Source of the DNA: an uncultured Synechococcaceae cyanobacterium | GTDB lineage: Bacteria; Cyanobacteriota; Cyanobacteriia; PCC-6307; Cyanobiaceae | Reading direction: 5' to 3' | DNA length: 64,000 bases | Assembly: GCA_902578445.1 (NCBI GenBank) | Contig: CACHDC010000002.1 | Span: 3,157 to 67,156, forward strand | In this document: positions 54,678 through 64,000 of the stretch, piece after piece | How the letters are laid out: every line of letters starts with the position of its first letter | How positions within the stretch are numbered: the first letter of the stretch is position 1 | The notes under the pieces: generated by a model | What the model was told of the DNA's origin: nothing | The model's input: the letters and a program-made list of their open reading frames with translations, nothing else | Databases searched by the model: none | Made by a program: the position numbers and the translations under genes

Positions 54678-56492
54678 ATGCTAATCATTTTTAAAGAATT
54701 AACAAAACAATTTGAACAATCTCTTTTAGATAGTCTTGAAAGAAATGATAAAAAAGGAGAATTCGAAATTCTTAGAAAAAATTTAATTACACAATCATCA
54801 AAAGAGGAATTTGGTGATTATCAATGTAATGTTTGTTTAGGTTTATCTAAAATATATAAAAAGAACCCAAGAGATATTTCTCATGATTTTATTAACCTTT
54901 TAAATAAAAATAAAAGCATAGAAAAATTATGTAAGAGTCTAGAAATAGCTGGACCTGGATTTATAAATATAAAATTAAAAGATGAAGTTCTAATAAATGA
55001 AATTAAGTCAAATATTCAATGCAACAGGGCTGGCATACCTCTAATTAGAAAAGATTTAGATAGAGGTTTGTCTAATAAAGTTATTGTAGATTTTTCTAGT
55101 CCTAATATTGCTAAAGAAATGCATGTAGGGCATTTAAGATCAACAATAATAGGTGACTCGATATCTAGAATTTTCGAGGTAAGGGGTTATGAAGTATTAA
55201 GACTCAATCATGTTGGTGATTGGGGGACACAATTTGGCATGCTTATTACTCAGCTCAAAGATTTATATTCAAATGATCTAGAAGAAATAGGAAAGATCAA
55301 GATAAGTGATTTAGTTGAATTTTATAAAGAATCAAAAAAAAGATTTGATAACGAATCTGAATTCCAAAAAAGATCTAGAGAGGAAGTAGTTAAGTTACAA
55401 AGTGGAGATATTAAATCGATTAAAGCTTGGAAATTATTATGTGATCAATCAAGAAAAGAATTTAATGAAATCTATAAAAATTTAAAAATAAAAATAGAAG
55501 AAAGAGGTGAATCTTTTTATAATCCCTTCTTAAAATCAGTTATTGATGATTTGAATTTAAAAAAAATATTAGTAGAAGATCAAGGAGCAAAATGTGTATT
55601 TTTAGATGGGATGACTAATAAAGAAGGCAAGCCTTTACCGCTAATTATTCAAAAAAAAGATGGAGGTTTTAATTATGCCACCACAGATCTTGCTGCTATA
55701 AGATACAGATTCAATAAACCCCCTAATGGCGATGATGCTTCAAAAATTATTTATGTCACTGATCATGGGCAAGCAAATCATTTTGCTGGAGTTTTTCAAG
55801 TTGCAAAAAAAGCAAAATGGATCCCGGAAAATTGTCAAGTAGACCATGTCCCTTTTGGGTTAGTTCAAGGAATAGATGGCAAAAAACTAAAGACAAGAGA
55901 AGGTGAAACAATACGCTTAAAAGATTTATTAAATGAAGCAGTTAGAAGAGCAAAAAAAGATTTATTGAAAAGATTAGAAGATGAAGATCGTAATGAGACC
56001 GAAGAGTTTATAGCAAATACTTCAAGAATTATTGGATTAGGAGCTGTTAAGTATGCAGATTTAAGTCAAAATAGGATTACCAATTATCAATTTAGTTTTG
56101 ATAAAATGCTTTCCCTTAATGGTAATACTGCTCCTTATTTGTTATATACACTTGTAAGAATTTTAGGAATTAAAAGAAAAAATGATTTTGTTTATGACTC
56201 TAAAGATTTTCAGTACTTTAATTATGAACATAAATCTGAGTGGAAACTTATCAGAAAATTACTTAAGTTCGATGAAGTCATAATTTCTCTTGAAAAAGAC
56301 TTAATGCCAAATAGATTATGCAATTATCTGTTCGAGCTATGTCAGACTTTTAATAGATTCTATGATCAAGTTCCAATCCTCAAAGAAGAAAAAAATATAA
56401 AAATTTCTAGGCTTAATTTATGTGACCTTACTGCAAAAACACTAAAATTAAGCTTAGAGCTTTTAGGAATTGAAACTTTAGAAAGAATGTAA
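54678..56492 (+). CDS. argS: Arginine--tRNA ligase
   Basis: [31 protein letters not shown] and C-terminal ERM. Confidence 0.97.
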   Translation: MLIIFKELTKQFEQSLLDSLERNDKKGEFEILRKNLITQSSKEEFGDYQCNVCLGLSKIYKKNPRDISHDFINLLNKNKSIEKLCKSLEIAGPGFINIKLKDEVLINEIKSNIQCNRAGIPLIRKDLDRGLSNKVIVDFSSPNIAKEMHVGHLRSTIIGDSISRIFEVRGYEVLRLNHVGDWGTQFGMLITQLKDLYSNDLEEIGKIKISDLVEFYKESKKRFDNESEFQKRSREEVVKLQSGDIKSIKAWKLLCDQSRKEFNEIYKNLKIKIEERGESFYNPFLKSVIDDLNLKKILVEDQGAKCVFLDGMTNKEGKPLPLIIQKKDGGFNYATTDLAAIRYRFNKPPNGDDASKIIYVTDHGQANHFAGVFQVAKKAKWIPENCQVDHVPFGLVQGIDGKKLKTREGETIRLKDLLNEAVRRAKKDLLKRLEDEDRNETEEFIANTSRIIGLGAVKYADLSQNRITNYQFSFDKMLSLNGNTAPYLLYTLVRILGIKRKNDFVYDSKDFQYFNYEHKSEWKLIRKLLKFDEVIISLEKDLMPNRLCNYLFELCQTFNRFYDQVPILKEEKNIKISRLNLCDLTAKTLKLSLELLGIETLERM

Positions 56493-57601
56493 TGAATGAT
56501 TTTGATCTATTAAATAATCTTTTCCCAAAACCAAGAGAAGAAATAATAAATATGCAGTCTTACTCTGCACCTTTAGAAAATAGAAGAAATTTACTCCGCT
56601 TAGACTTTAATGAAAATACCTTAGGTCCAAGTCCTAAGGTTTTAGAGGCATTACAAGCGATAAAATTAGATGAGATTTCAATTTATCCGGAATATAATTT
56701 TTTAAAAAAATTTTTATGTGATAAATACCTTGATTCAAGAAAATTTGGTAATGATGAAGTCGGAATTTTCAATGGAGCAGATGCAGCAATAAATGCAATT
56801 TTCAATTGCTTTGGAGAAAAAGATCAAATATTTTTAACCACAAATCCAACTTTTGGTTACTATTCTCCTTGTGCAGAAATCCGAGGAATGAAAAAAATAA
56901 GTTGTTCTTACATTGGAGAAAATTTTCTATTCCCCATCGAAGAATTTAGGAAAAAAATAATAAAGCATAATCCAAAGTTAATATTTATTTGCAATCCAAA
57001 TAATCCCACAGGAACTGTTCTAAGCTCTCATGAAATAATTAATTTAGCCAATATCAATAACGATTCATTAATAGTTGTTGATGAACTATATGAAAAATTT
57101 AATGGAGATAGTCTTCTTGAATCGATAGATTTTGAAAAGAATAAAAATATATTAATAATCCAATCTCTTTCAAAAACTGCAGGTCTAGCTGGTTTAAGAA
57201 TAGGTTTTACTTTTGGCAATAAAAGTTTAATTCAGTACATTAATAAAGTTACAGGACCATATGATGTAAACAGCTTTGCTATAACAGCTGCATTAGCAGC
57301 ACTTAAAGACAAATCATATATTGATAATTATGTTTTAGAAGTAAAAAAGGCGAGGGAATGGATTTTAAATAAATTTAAATCAACAAAAATCAGAACTCAC
57401 TTTAGTGGAGGTAATTATTTCTTAATTTGGCCAAAAAAAGATCCTAAAATCTTAATACAACAGATGAGAGAAAAAGGTATTCTTATTAGAAGTATGGAAA
57501 ACAAAAAAGATATCGGTAATTCAATAAGGGTTAGTATTGGAACTAAAGAACAAATGATTTTTTTCTGGGACAATTACAAGATATTAGATTCAAAAAATTA
57601 A
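56492..57601 (+). CDS. hisC: Histidinol-phosphate aminotransferase-like PLP enzyme
   Basis: LDFNEN, NPNNPTG and SLSKTAGLAGLRIG motifs. Confidence 0.75.
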   Translation: MNDFDLLNNLFPKPREEIINMQSYSAPLENRRNLLRLDFNENTLGPSPKVLEALQAIKLDEISIYPEYNFLKKFLCDKYLDSRKFGNDEVGIFNGADAAINAIFNCFGEKDQIFLTTNPTFGYYSPCAEIRGMKKISCSYIGENFLFPIEEFRKKIIKHNPKLIFICNPNNPTGTVLSSHEIINLANINNDSLIVVDELYEKFNGDSLLESIDFEKNKNILIIQSLSKTAGLAGLRIGFTFGNKSLIQYINKVTGPYDVNSFAITAALAALKDKSYIDNYVLEVKKAREWILNKFKSTKIRTHFSGGNYFLIWPKKDPKILIQQMREKGILIRSMENKKDIGNSIRVSIGTKEQMIFFWDNYKILDSKN

Positions 57602-58323
57602 TTACTGAAAATATAAATTATATTTTGATCGATTCTTTTAGGTTTTATTTGAAAATCTTTTCCAACATATTTTACTTTAAAATCTTTCATATTTTCAATA
57701 AATAAATCAGCATTTGAGAAATCACATTCTTTATTAATTTTTTTGCCGCGTTCAAAGTGAACAGGAATAACTACTTTAGGTTGTAAGATTTTAACTATTT
57801 TTGAGGCTTCTTTACCATTGTAAGATTTTATTCCTCCTCCAATTGAAATAAACAATATATCTGGACTAGACAAAATAATTTGACTGTTTATATCCATATC
57901 ACCAGCAGCTCCTCCCATATGAACAATTTTAAGATCATTCTGCTCCCAACTCCAAACAGTTGCCATCCCAAATCTTCTTCCATCTACTCTGTCATGTGGT
58001 ACAGAAATTCCATTTAATAAAATATCCTCAAATTGATAGAATCCTGGCTCAACGAACATCAATTGATCATTAGGATTATATCCTTCATCTGGAAGCCTTG
58101 AACTAGCCAAAATAAAATCTACGTTGACTTCTTTTGGCTCCTTTAAATTACTTGCACAACCTATTGCTTTAAAGGGATTTATAAGAATAGATTTATCTGC
58201 ACTAGTAATTAAAAAACTACTATGTCCCAAACTTTTTATTCCTAAATTCCTTGCCAATAATGAGGTAGGTAAAAAAGAGGTAACTAATATCAAAAATAAA
58301 AAGTTTTTAATTTGAGAAATCAT
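57598..58323 (-). CDS. Metallo-beta-lactamase-fold protein (degenerate metal site)
   Basis: LGHSSFLI, HDRVDG, VHMGG and VIPVH motifs; the HxHxDH site is replaced by SSRLPDE. Confidence 0.78.
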   Translation of the reverse strand: MISQIKNFLFLILVTSFLPTSLLARNLGIKSLGHSSFLITSADKSILINPFKAIGCASNLKEPKEVNVDFILASSRLPDEGYNPNDQLMFVEPGFYQFEDILLNGISVPHDRVDGRRFGMATVWSWEQNDLKIVHMGGAAGDMDINSQIILSSPDILFISIGGGIKSYNGKEASKIVKILQPKVVIPVHFERGKKINKECDFSNADLFIENMKDFKVKYVGKDFQIKPKRIDQNIIYIFSN

Positions 58324-58344
58324 AATATTAATTTTTTTTTTATT

Positions 58345-58941
58345 TTACTTTTGTACAGCCATTTTTAGAAAATTACTAATTAATTTATGACCAAATTGCG
58401 TCAACACACTTTCAGGATGGAACTGTACCCCATGTAAATGTTTATATTCTTTATGAGAGATAGCCATAATTGTTGAGTCTTCTAAAGTCGCAGTTATGTC
58501 GAAACAAGATGGTAAAGAACTTGAATCAACTATAAGACTATGGTATCTAGTAGCCACAAATGGAGTCTCGATATCTTTAAACAATCCTTTTTGATTATGA
58601 AAGATTTTGGATGTCTTACCATGCATAAGTTCTTTCCCAACTATAACCTTACCTCCAAAAGCCTGGGCCAAAGCTTGATGACCTAAACAAACTCCCAATG
58701 TCGGAATATTTTTAGATAATTTTTTTAGAATTGGCAGACAAATTCCAGATTGATTTGGATTGCCTGGACCGGGAGATAATAGAATTCCACCAGGATTTAG
58801 TTTGATAATTTCTTCTAAAGTAATTTCATCATTTCTTTTAACTATTAATTCTTTAGTTATTTCATGCTCAACTGAAAGTTCTCCTAAATATTGAACAAGG
58901 TTATAAGTAAAACTATCGTAATTATCAATAACAAGAAACAT
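58345..58941 (-). CDS. pabA: Anthranilate/aminodeoxychorismate synthase component II (glutamine amidotransferase)
   Basis: IDNYDSFTYN, SPGPG, GVCLGHQ and QFHPES motifs. Confidence 0.9.
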   Translation of the reverse strand: MFLVIDNYDSFTYNLVQYLGELSVEHEITKELIVKRNDEITLEEIIKLNPGGILLSPGPGNPNQSGICLPILKKLSKNIPTLGVCLGHQALAQAFGGKVIVGKELMHGKTSKIFHNQKGLFKDIETPFVATRYHSLIVDSSSLPSCFDITATLEDSTIMAISHKEYKHLHGVQFHPESVLTQFGHKLISNFLKMAVQK

Positions 58942-58953
58942 ATTTATATGGAT

Positions 58954-59364
58954 TTAAAATAACAACTTTATTTTAGGAACAAAGATATATACAGCAATAA
59001 TAACAGAATTAATGGAAGCTAATAATACTGCTCCTGCAGAAGTATCTTTTGAAATTTTAGCCAAAATACTAAATTCTTTTTTCACTACTAAATCAACGAT
59101 TGATTCAATAGATGTGTTCAATATTTCTAATATTAAAACAGACATTATTGTTGCAATCAAAATAACATAATTAATTAGATTAATTTTGAGTAAAAAACCA
59201 ATTATTAAACTTGTAACTGCAAAAATTAATTGAATTTTAAAATTTCTTGAAGTTTTTAATACATAACTAATACCACTGAAAGCATACTTAAAGCTTATAA
59301 ATACATTACTAGAAGTTTTGTATGATTCTTTTCTAGTTTCTAAATAGTTCATTTTGTTTTCCAT
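58954..59364 (-). CDS. dgkA: Diacylglycerol/undecaprenol kinase family protein
   Basis: FKYAFSG, EILNTSIESIVD and KDTSAGAV motifs. Confidence 0.9.
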   Translation of the reverse strand: MENKMNYLETRKESYKTSSNVFISFKYAFSGISYVLKTSRNFKIQLIFAVTSLIIGFLLKINLINYVILIATIMSVLILEILNTSIESIVDLVVKKEFSILAKISKDTSAGAVLLASINSVIIAVYIFVPKIKLLF

Positions 59365-59370
59365 TGATTT

Positions 59371-59910
59371 TTAATCTAATCGAGTAATTAAATATTCTTG
59401 GAAATTTAACATATTTTCTAAATCATGCTCATTATTATGTTCCCATCCCAAAAGATGTAAAAATCCATGACTAGCCAACCAGATCATCTCTCTATAGATT
59501 GAATTTTTATATTCATAAGATTGCTCAAGTGCCATCTCTAATGATATAAATATATCTCCCAACTCTATATGATCTAAATTATTTAGAGATTCATCAGAAA
59601 TAATTGGAAAAGATAGAACATCAGTTGGACCATTTTTTTGCATCCATTTCTTATTCAAAGAAGCAATTTCTTGATTAGATATTATCTGTAAGCCTAATGA
59701 AAAAGATTTTTTTTCAAAAATATAATTTGGTAATTCATAATCCTCTTTTTTTAAAATTGTATTTATCCAAGATAAAAAAACTTTCTCCCAAAAAATAGAT
59801 TCAAAAATAAGATGAGTTTTAGTATCTTTTAACTTATTTGAAAATTGAGAGAAATCATTACATTGAAAAACCAAATCTAAATTTATTTCAGAAATAATTT
59901 TTTCTTTCAT
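59371..59910 (-). CDS. ybeY: rRNA maturation endoribonuclease YbeY
   Basis: TDVLSF, LGDIFIS and [11 protein letters not shown] motifs. Confidence 0.95.
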   Translation of the reverse strand: MKEKIISEINLDLVFQCNDFSQFSNKLKDTKTHLIFESIFWEKVFLSWINTILKKEDYELPNYIFEKKSFSLGLQIISNQEIASLNKKWMQKNGPTDVLSFPIISDESLNNLDHIELGDIFISLEMALEQSYEYKNSIYREMIWLASHGFLHLLGWEHNNEHDLENMLNFQEYLITRLD

Positions 59911-59916
59911 ACATTC

Positions 59917-60099
59917 TTAAACTGGAATATTGGGCTTACCTATTGTGGCCACAAGTATTAATATCCCAATTAAAACTAGAAAGGTTATTGAAAAATGAGA
60001 AATACTTTTTGAGCCTTTCCTTACCATATTTCTCATAGCAAGCTTTATAAAGCTTGGAGGAGAAACTTTTTTTTCTAAAATTTCGTTTTTATTTTCCAT
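59917..60099 (-). CDS. DUF3285 small membrane protein
   Basis: PPSFIKLAMRNMVRKG followed by a transmembrane helix. Confidence 0.82.
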   Translation of the reverse strand: MENKNEILEKKVSPPSFIKLAMRNMVRKGSKSISHFSITFLVLIGILILVATIGKPNIPV

Positions 60100-60102
60100 T
60101 AG

Positions 60103-61225
60103 TTATTCAATAGATTCGTTAGAAGAAATATTCATACGTAATAATTCATGAATAAATGGTTCAAGTCCACCATCTAAAACACTATCTAACTCGTTAGTTT
60201 CCTGCATAGTCCTAAGATCTTTTACCATTTGATAGGGATGGAAAACATAATTTCTTATTTGATTGCCCCATGCAGCTTCCACAATATCACCTTTAATATC
60301 AGCGACTTCAGCAGCTCGTTGTTCTTTAGCAATCACTAATAGTTTAGACTTTAGAAGTAACATAGCTTTTTCTTTATTTTGTAATTGAGATCTTTCTTGG
60401 GTACATCTTACTGAAATCCCTGAAGGCAAATGAACAATTCTCACAGCTGTTTCTACTTTATTAACATTTTGTCCTCCAGCTCCACCAGATCTACTCGTTG
60501 TAATTTCTAAATCTTTTTCAGGTATATCAAGTGAAATATTATCATCTAATTTTGGCATAACCTCTACCCCGGCAAAGCTTGTTTGTCTTTTGCCATTGGC
60601 ATTAAAAGGAGAAATCCTTACTAATCTATGAGTTCCTTTTTCATATTGCAGATAGCCGTATGCATATTTTCCATCAATTTCGAACGTTACACTTTTAATA
60701 CCTGCTTCTTCTCCTTGAGATAATTCATTAATGACAAGGCTCATTTGATTATTATCGGCCCATCTTGAGTACATTCTTAATAATATCTCTACCCAATCCT
60801 GCGCATCTGTTCCACCCGCACCTGCATTAATAGAAACTACTGCCCCTTCCTTATCGTATTCACCACATAACAATCTTTCAAATTCCCATTTATCCAGATT
60901 CTCTCTTAATTTCTTTAATCCCAGCTGCGATTCTAAAATCATTTCCTCTTCAGGTTCTAGAGAAAAAAGCTCAAGAGAGGCATTGGCATCAGAAATAAAA
61001 GTTTTCCATTTATCTAACAATTCGAGTTGGGCTTTGACATCATCAAGGATTAACATTTGCTTTTTAGCTTCTTCTTGATTTTCCCAAAATTCAGGCTGAG
61101 CAGAAATTTGCTCTAACTCTTTCCTTTTCGCTTTTAATCTTGGAACGTCAAAGACAATCCTGAGCATTACCCAGGCGCTTTGTTAGTTCCGAAAGATCTT
61201 TTTTGAAATCTGTAATATCTATCAA
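60103..61225 (-). CDS. prfB: Peptide chain release factor 2 with programmed +1 frameshift (about 373 aa)
   Basis: TTG at 61225 gives [25 protein letters not shown], then CTT-TGA-C at 61153-61147; the +1 frame has the SPF and GGQ motifs. Confidence 0.96.
61147..61162 (-). promoter_or_regulatory. prfB autoregulatory frameshift site
   Basis: CAGGATTGT-CTT-TGA-C: internal Shine-Dalgarno-like AGGA followed by the CUU UGA C slippery stop. Confidence 0.92.
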
Positions 61226-61301
61226 AATAGAATTTAATCGTTATTTATAATCTAACAAGCACTGTTGTTTAATAGTATAAACTAAGTATTATTTTAAAAA
61301 A

Positions 61302-61556
61302 ATGTCCAAAGTTGAAATTTATACTTGGCAATATTGCCCATTCTGTATTCGAGCAAAATCACTACTCAAGAAAAAAAATGTAAATTTTACAGAATATAAA
61401 ATTGATGGCGACGAAGATGCCAGAGCATTGATGATTGAAAGAGCTGATGGTAGAAGAACATTACCACAAATATTTATAGATAATGAGGGTATCGGAGGCT
61501 GCGATGATCTCTACGCATTAGAAAATGAAAATAAATTAGAAGCATTATTAAACTAG
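61302..61556 (+). CDS. grxC: Glutaredoxin 3
   Basis: CPFC, TLPQIF and GGCDD motifs. Confidence 0.95.
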   Translation: MSKVEIYTWQYCPFCIRAKSLLKKKNVNFTEYKIDGDEDARALMIERADGRRTLPQIFIDNEGIGGCDDLYALENENKLEALLN

Positions 61557-61561
61557 ATCTT

Positions 61562-62485
61562 ATGAAATTTCTATTCGTAATAGATCCAATTAAAAATATA
61601 AATCCCTTAAAAGATTCAACTGCTGCTTTAATGCAAGCATCATCAAAAAAAAATATTGAAATCTGGAGTTGTACTCCTCAAGACCTTGAAGCTAGAGGTG
61701 ATGAAGTATGGGCATCTTCCGTAAAAGTTGAAGTAATTCCGTGGATTTCTTTCAAAGAGAATGATTGCATACCTCTCGCCGAATTTAATTGCATTTGGAT
61801 GAGAAAAGATCCTCCTGTAAATGAGGCTTATTTATATGCAACCCATCTTTTAGAAGTTGCCGAAAGAAAAGGAGTAAAAGTAATTAACAAACCCTCATCG
61901 TTAAGAGCGTGGAATGAAAAGCTAGGTGCTTTAAGATACAGCCACTTAATGGCACCTACAATAGTTGCGAGTAAGGTAAAAGATCTTATTAATTTTGCAA
62001 ATATCAATAATGAAGTAGTCATAAAACCTCTTGGAGGAAAAGGTGGTCAAGGTGTTATAAGGATAAATAAAAATTCTCCAGGAATTAAATCAATCATTGA
62101 ATTAATAACTTCTCAAGAAGAATTACCCGTTATGATGCAAAAATTTATTCCTGAAGTCATAGAGGGTGATAAAAGAATAATTATCGTAAACGGAGAAGCA
62201 ATTGGATCAATAAATAGGATTCCTCAAGGAGGAGATTTTAGGAGTAATTTAGCGATGGGAGGCAAGGCTGAACCCACATTATTAACAGAAAAAGAAAAAA
62301 GTATCTGCTCAGAATTATCTCAACACTTAAAAGATGAGGGTTTATTTTTTGTAGGTATTGATGTAATAAATGGAATGCTTAGCGAGATTAATGTAACCAG
62401 TCCTACAGGTTTAAGAGAAATAGAAAATTTATCCAATAAGAATGTTTCAGAGGAAGTTATTGAAAAATTATTGAAAATTATCTAG
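61562..62485 (+). CDS. gshB: Glutathione synthetase
   Basis: KDST, MRKDPP, NEKL, GDKR and EINVTSPTG motifs. Confidence 0.97.
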   Translation: MKFLFVIDPIKNINPLKDSTAALMQASSKKNIEIWSCTPQDLEARGDEVWASSVKVEVIPWISFKENDCIPLAEFNCIWMRKDPPVNEAYLYATHLLEVAERKGVKVINKPSSLRAWNEKLGALRYSHLMAPTIVASKVKDLINFANINNEVVIKPLGGKGGQGVIRINKNSPGIKSIIELITSQEELPVMMQKFIPEVIEGDKRIIIVNGEAIGSINRIPQGGDFRSNLAMGGKAEPTLLTEKEKSICSELSQHLKDEGLFFVGIDVINGMLSEINVTSPTGLREIENLSNKNVSEEVIEKLLKII

Positions 62486-63890
62486 GACTTTTAGCGAAAA
62501 ATACTTGTTTTACTATAGATTCAAATTTTAATTTAATCTCATCTATTTCTTTCTCTAAAACGGAGCCTGAAACTATACCTGAACCGGCAGTAAATTCAAT
62601 ATTTTCTTCAACATACCTAGCTCCTCTTATTGCTAAAAGAAATGAAGCATTGCCTGATGAATCAACCCAACCCATTGGACAAGCATAATTTCCTCTAGGA
62701 AAAGACTCAAGAGTATTTATCCAATCCAATGCTACATTTTTTGGGTATCCACAAACAGCCGGAGATGGATGTAGGTTTTTAAGCAATTCAAAAGGACAAA
62801 TATTTTCAACTTTAGAGAAAATAAGTGTTTGCAAATGAGAAATATCTCCAAATGAATTTACCTTGATATCACTTTTTTTAAAGTTTGTTATTTTTGAAAC
62901 TTCTAAAGATTTAATCAAATACTTTATTACATAATTATGTTCCTTTAAGTCTTTAGTACTTTTTAGGAGTTTCTTGAAATTTGAATTAGTAGAGATAGTT
63001 CCAGCAAGAGCCTCTAAAGTTAAATTAGGTTTAGAAAAAGAAAATAATTTTTCTGGAGATGCTCCAAACAAAATATCCTTACTATTCCTTTTCCAAACGT
63101 ATCTACATGTATTTGGTTGCTTCTTTTTAAATCTTTTTAAAATTTCTACTAAATCAAATTTATTTTTAAGTTTTATTTTAATCCTATTCGCTAAAACTAT
63201 CTTTTCGAGGATACCATTCTCTACTAATTGAATTCCTCTATTTACTACTTTTTTCATATCTGTTTTGGAAGTTTCTAAGGAGCATGAGAAATCATCAATA
63301 TAAGGGGAATCAAAACTAGTTTTTAAGCCAGATGATTTTATTAATTCTGAGCCAGAATTAATCACTTGATTTCTAATTGTCCATATTTCTTCAATTAATG
63401 TTCTTAATGATGATTTATCTTCGACATGACCATTGATTCTTAACCAGCAATTCTTATCACTTTTAGTAATTAATATTTTTGGCAAGATGGCTTCCAAACT
63501 AGGGATATCTGAAGGTAAATTCTTATTATTCAAATTTTCAGAGAAAGAAAATAAATAAATTATTTTTGAAAGTGCAGAATTATGCGATTCATTAGTTAAG
63601 TTAATTAAATTTTTAAAATTCTCAGAATTAAACTCTTTTGCTACCTCAAATCTTTTTGGACCATCCAGAGTAACATATTTACACTTCTCGAAGGCTATAT
63701 ATGAAATGCCATCAGATTCCTCCCAAAATGAAGAAAATGGATATTTATTTATTAACAATTCATAAACTTGAAATAAATCAATACAAGGAATCTCAACACA
63801 AATACTTACTAATCCAGAATTTTCAACTTTCTTATCGAAAGAAGAAAATACATCTTTTAAAAAATCTGTTAAGTTTAAATCATTTTTCAT
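62478..63890 (-). CDS. menF: Isochorismate synthase
   Basis: [26 protein letters not shown] and TAGSGIV motifs. Confidence 0.9.
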   Translation of the reverse strand: MKNDLNLTDFLKDVFSSFDKKVENSGLVSICVEIPCIDLFQVYELLINKYPFSSFWEESDGISYIAFEKCKYVTLDGPKRFEVAKEFNSENFKNLINLTNESHNSALSKIIYLFSFSENLNNKNLPSDIPSLEAILPKILITKSDKNCWLRINGHVEDKSSLRTLIEEIWTIRNQVINSGSELIKSSGLKTSFDSPYIDDFSCSLETSKTDMKKVVNRGIQLVENGILEKIVLANRIKIKLKNKFDLVEILKRFKKKQPNTCRYVWKRNSKDILFGASPEKLFSFSKPNLTLEALAGTISTNSNFKKLLKSTKDLKEHNYVIKYLIKSLEVSKITNFKKSDIKVNSFGDISHLQTLIFSKVENICPFELLKNLHPSPAVCGYPKNVALDWINTLESFPRGNYACPMGWVDSSGNASFLLAIRGARYVEENIEFTAGSGIVSGSVLEKEIDEIKLKFESIVKQVFFAKSPR

Positions 63891-63991
63891 TACTTATTGA
63901 AAATAACTAAAAATCATGCAATAAAGTAAAAAATGTAACTCAATTTATAAACTACATTTAATAATTATCTAATTTTGCGTGTTAATTAAAA

Positions 63992-64000
63992 ATGGACGAA
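63992..64000 (+). CDS. Possible start (MDE...) of a divergent gene, perhaps menA, cut by the window end
   Basis: Only ATG GAC GAA is visible; identity is inferred from recalled synteny alone. Confidence 0.25.

Noticed and set aside
63931-63959. AAATGTA/TACATTT inverted repeat upstream of menF as an NtcA site
   Set aside because: The GTA-TAC spacing is 15 rather than 8, and 7-bp AT-rich arms are expected by chance.

Overview
This strongly AT-rich, gene-dense 64 kb window looks like core chromosome of a streamlined marine picocyanobacterium, most likely a high-light Prochlorococcus. The evidence is a Prochlorococcus-type D1 and PsbO, a CP12 with only the C-terminal cysteine pair, a bicA-sbtA-sbtB cluster, and a gene order matching what I recall for PMM0177-PMM0240. 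About 60 housekeeping genes are present, including ileS, crtR, pyrB, coaBC, psbO, sat, ftsH, aroC, psbA, obgE, mutS2, hemB, eno, clpB, secE-nusG-rplKAJL, rnhA, pyrD, murG, pgk, rel, mnmE, nadC, argS, prfB, gshB and menF. There is one tRNA-Leu(TAG), candidate L1 and L10 leaders, and several terminators. I saw no mobile element, CRISPR array, prophage or genomic island, and I cannot support a claim of a wholly new multi-gene system. The best leads are small-scale: crtR and mpg both have essential N-termini with no canonical start codon; a 42-aa ORF divergent from psbA is missing from the ORF track; a decayed pseudogene lies after the DUF3177 gene; a thioredoxin reductase lacking NADPH motifs (FFTR/DTR type) abuts bicA-sbtA-sbtB; a ClpB lacks its NBD1 arginine fingers and has a 15-bp perfect inverted repeat upstream; and a correctly spaced NtcA-type promoter precedes pgk.
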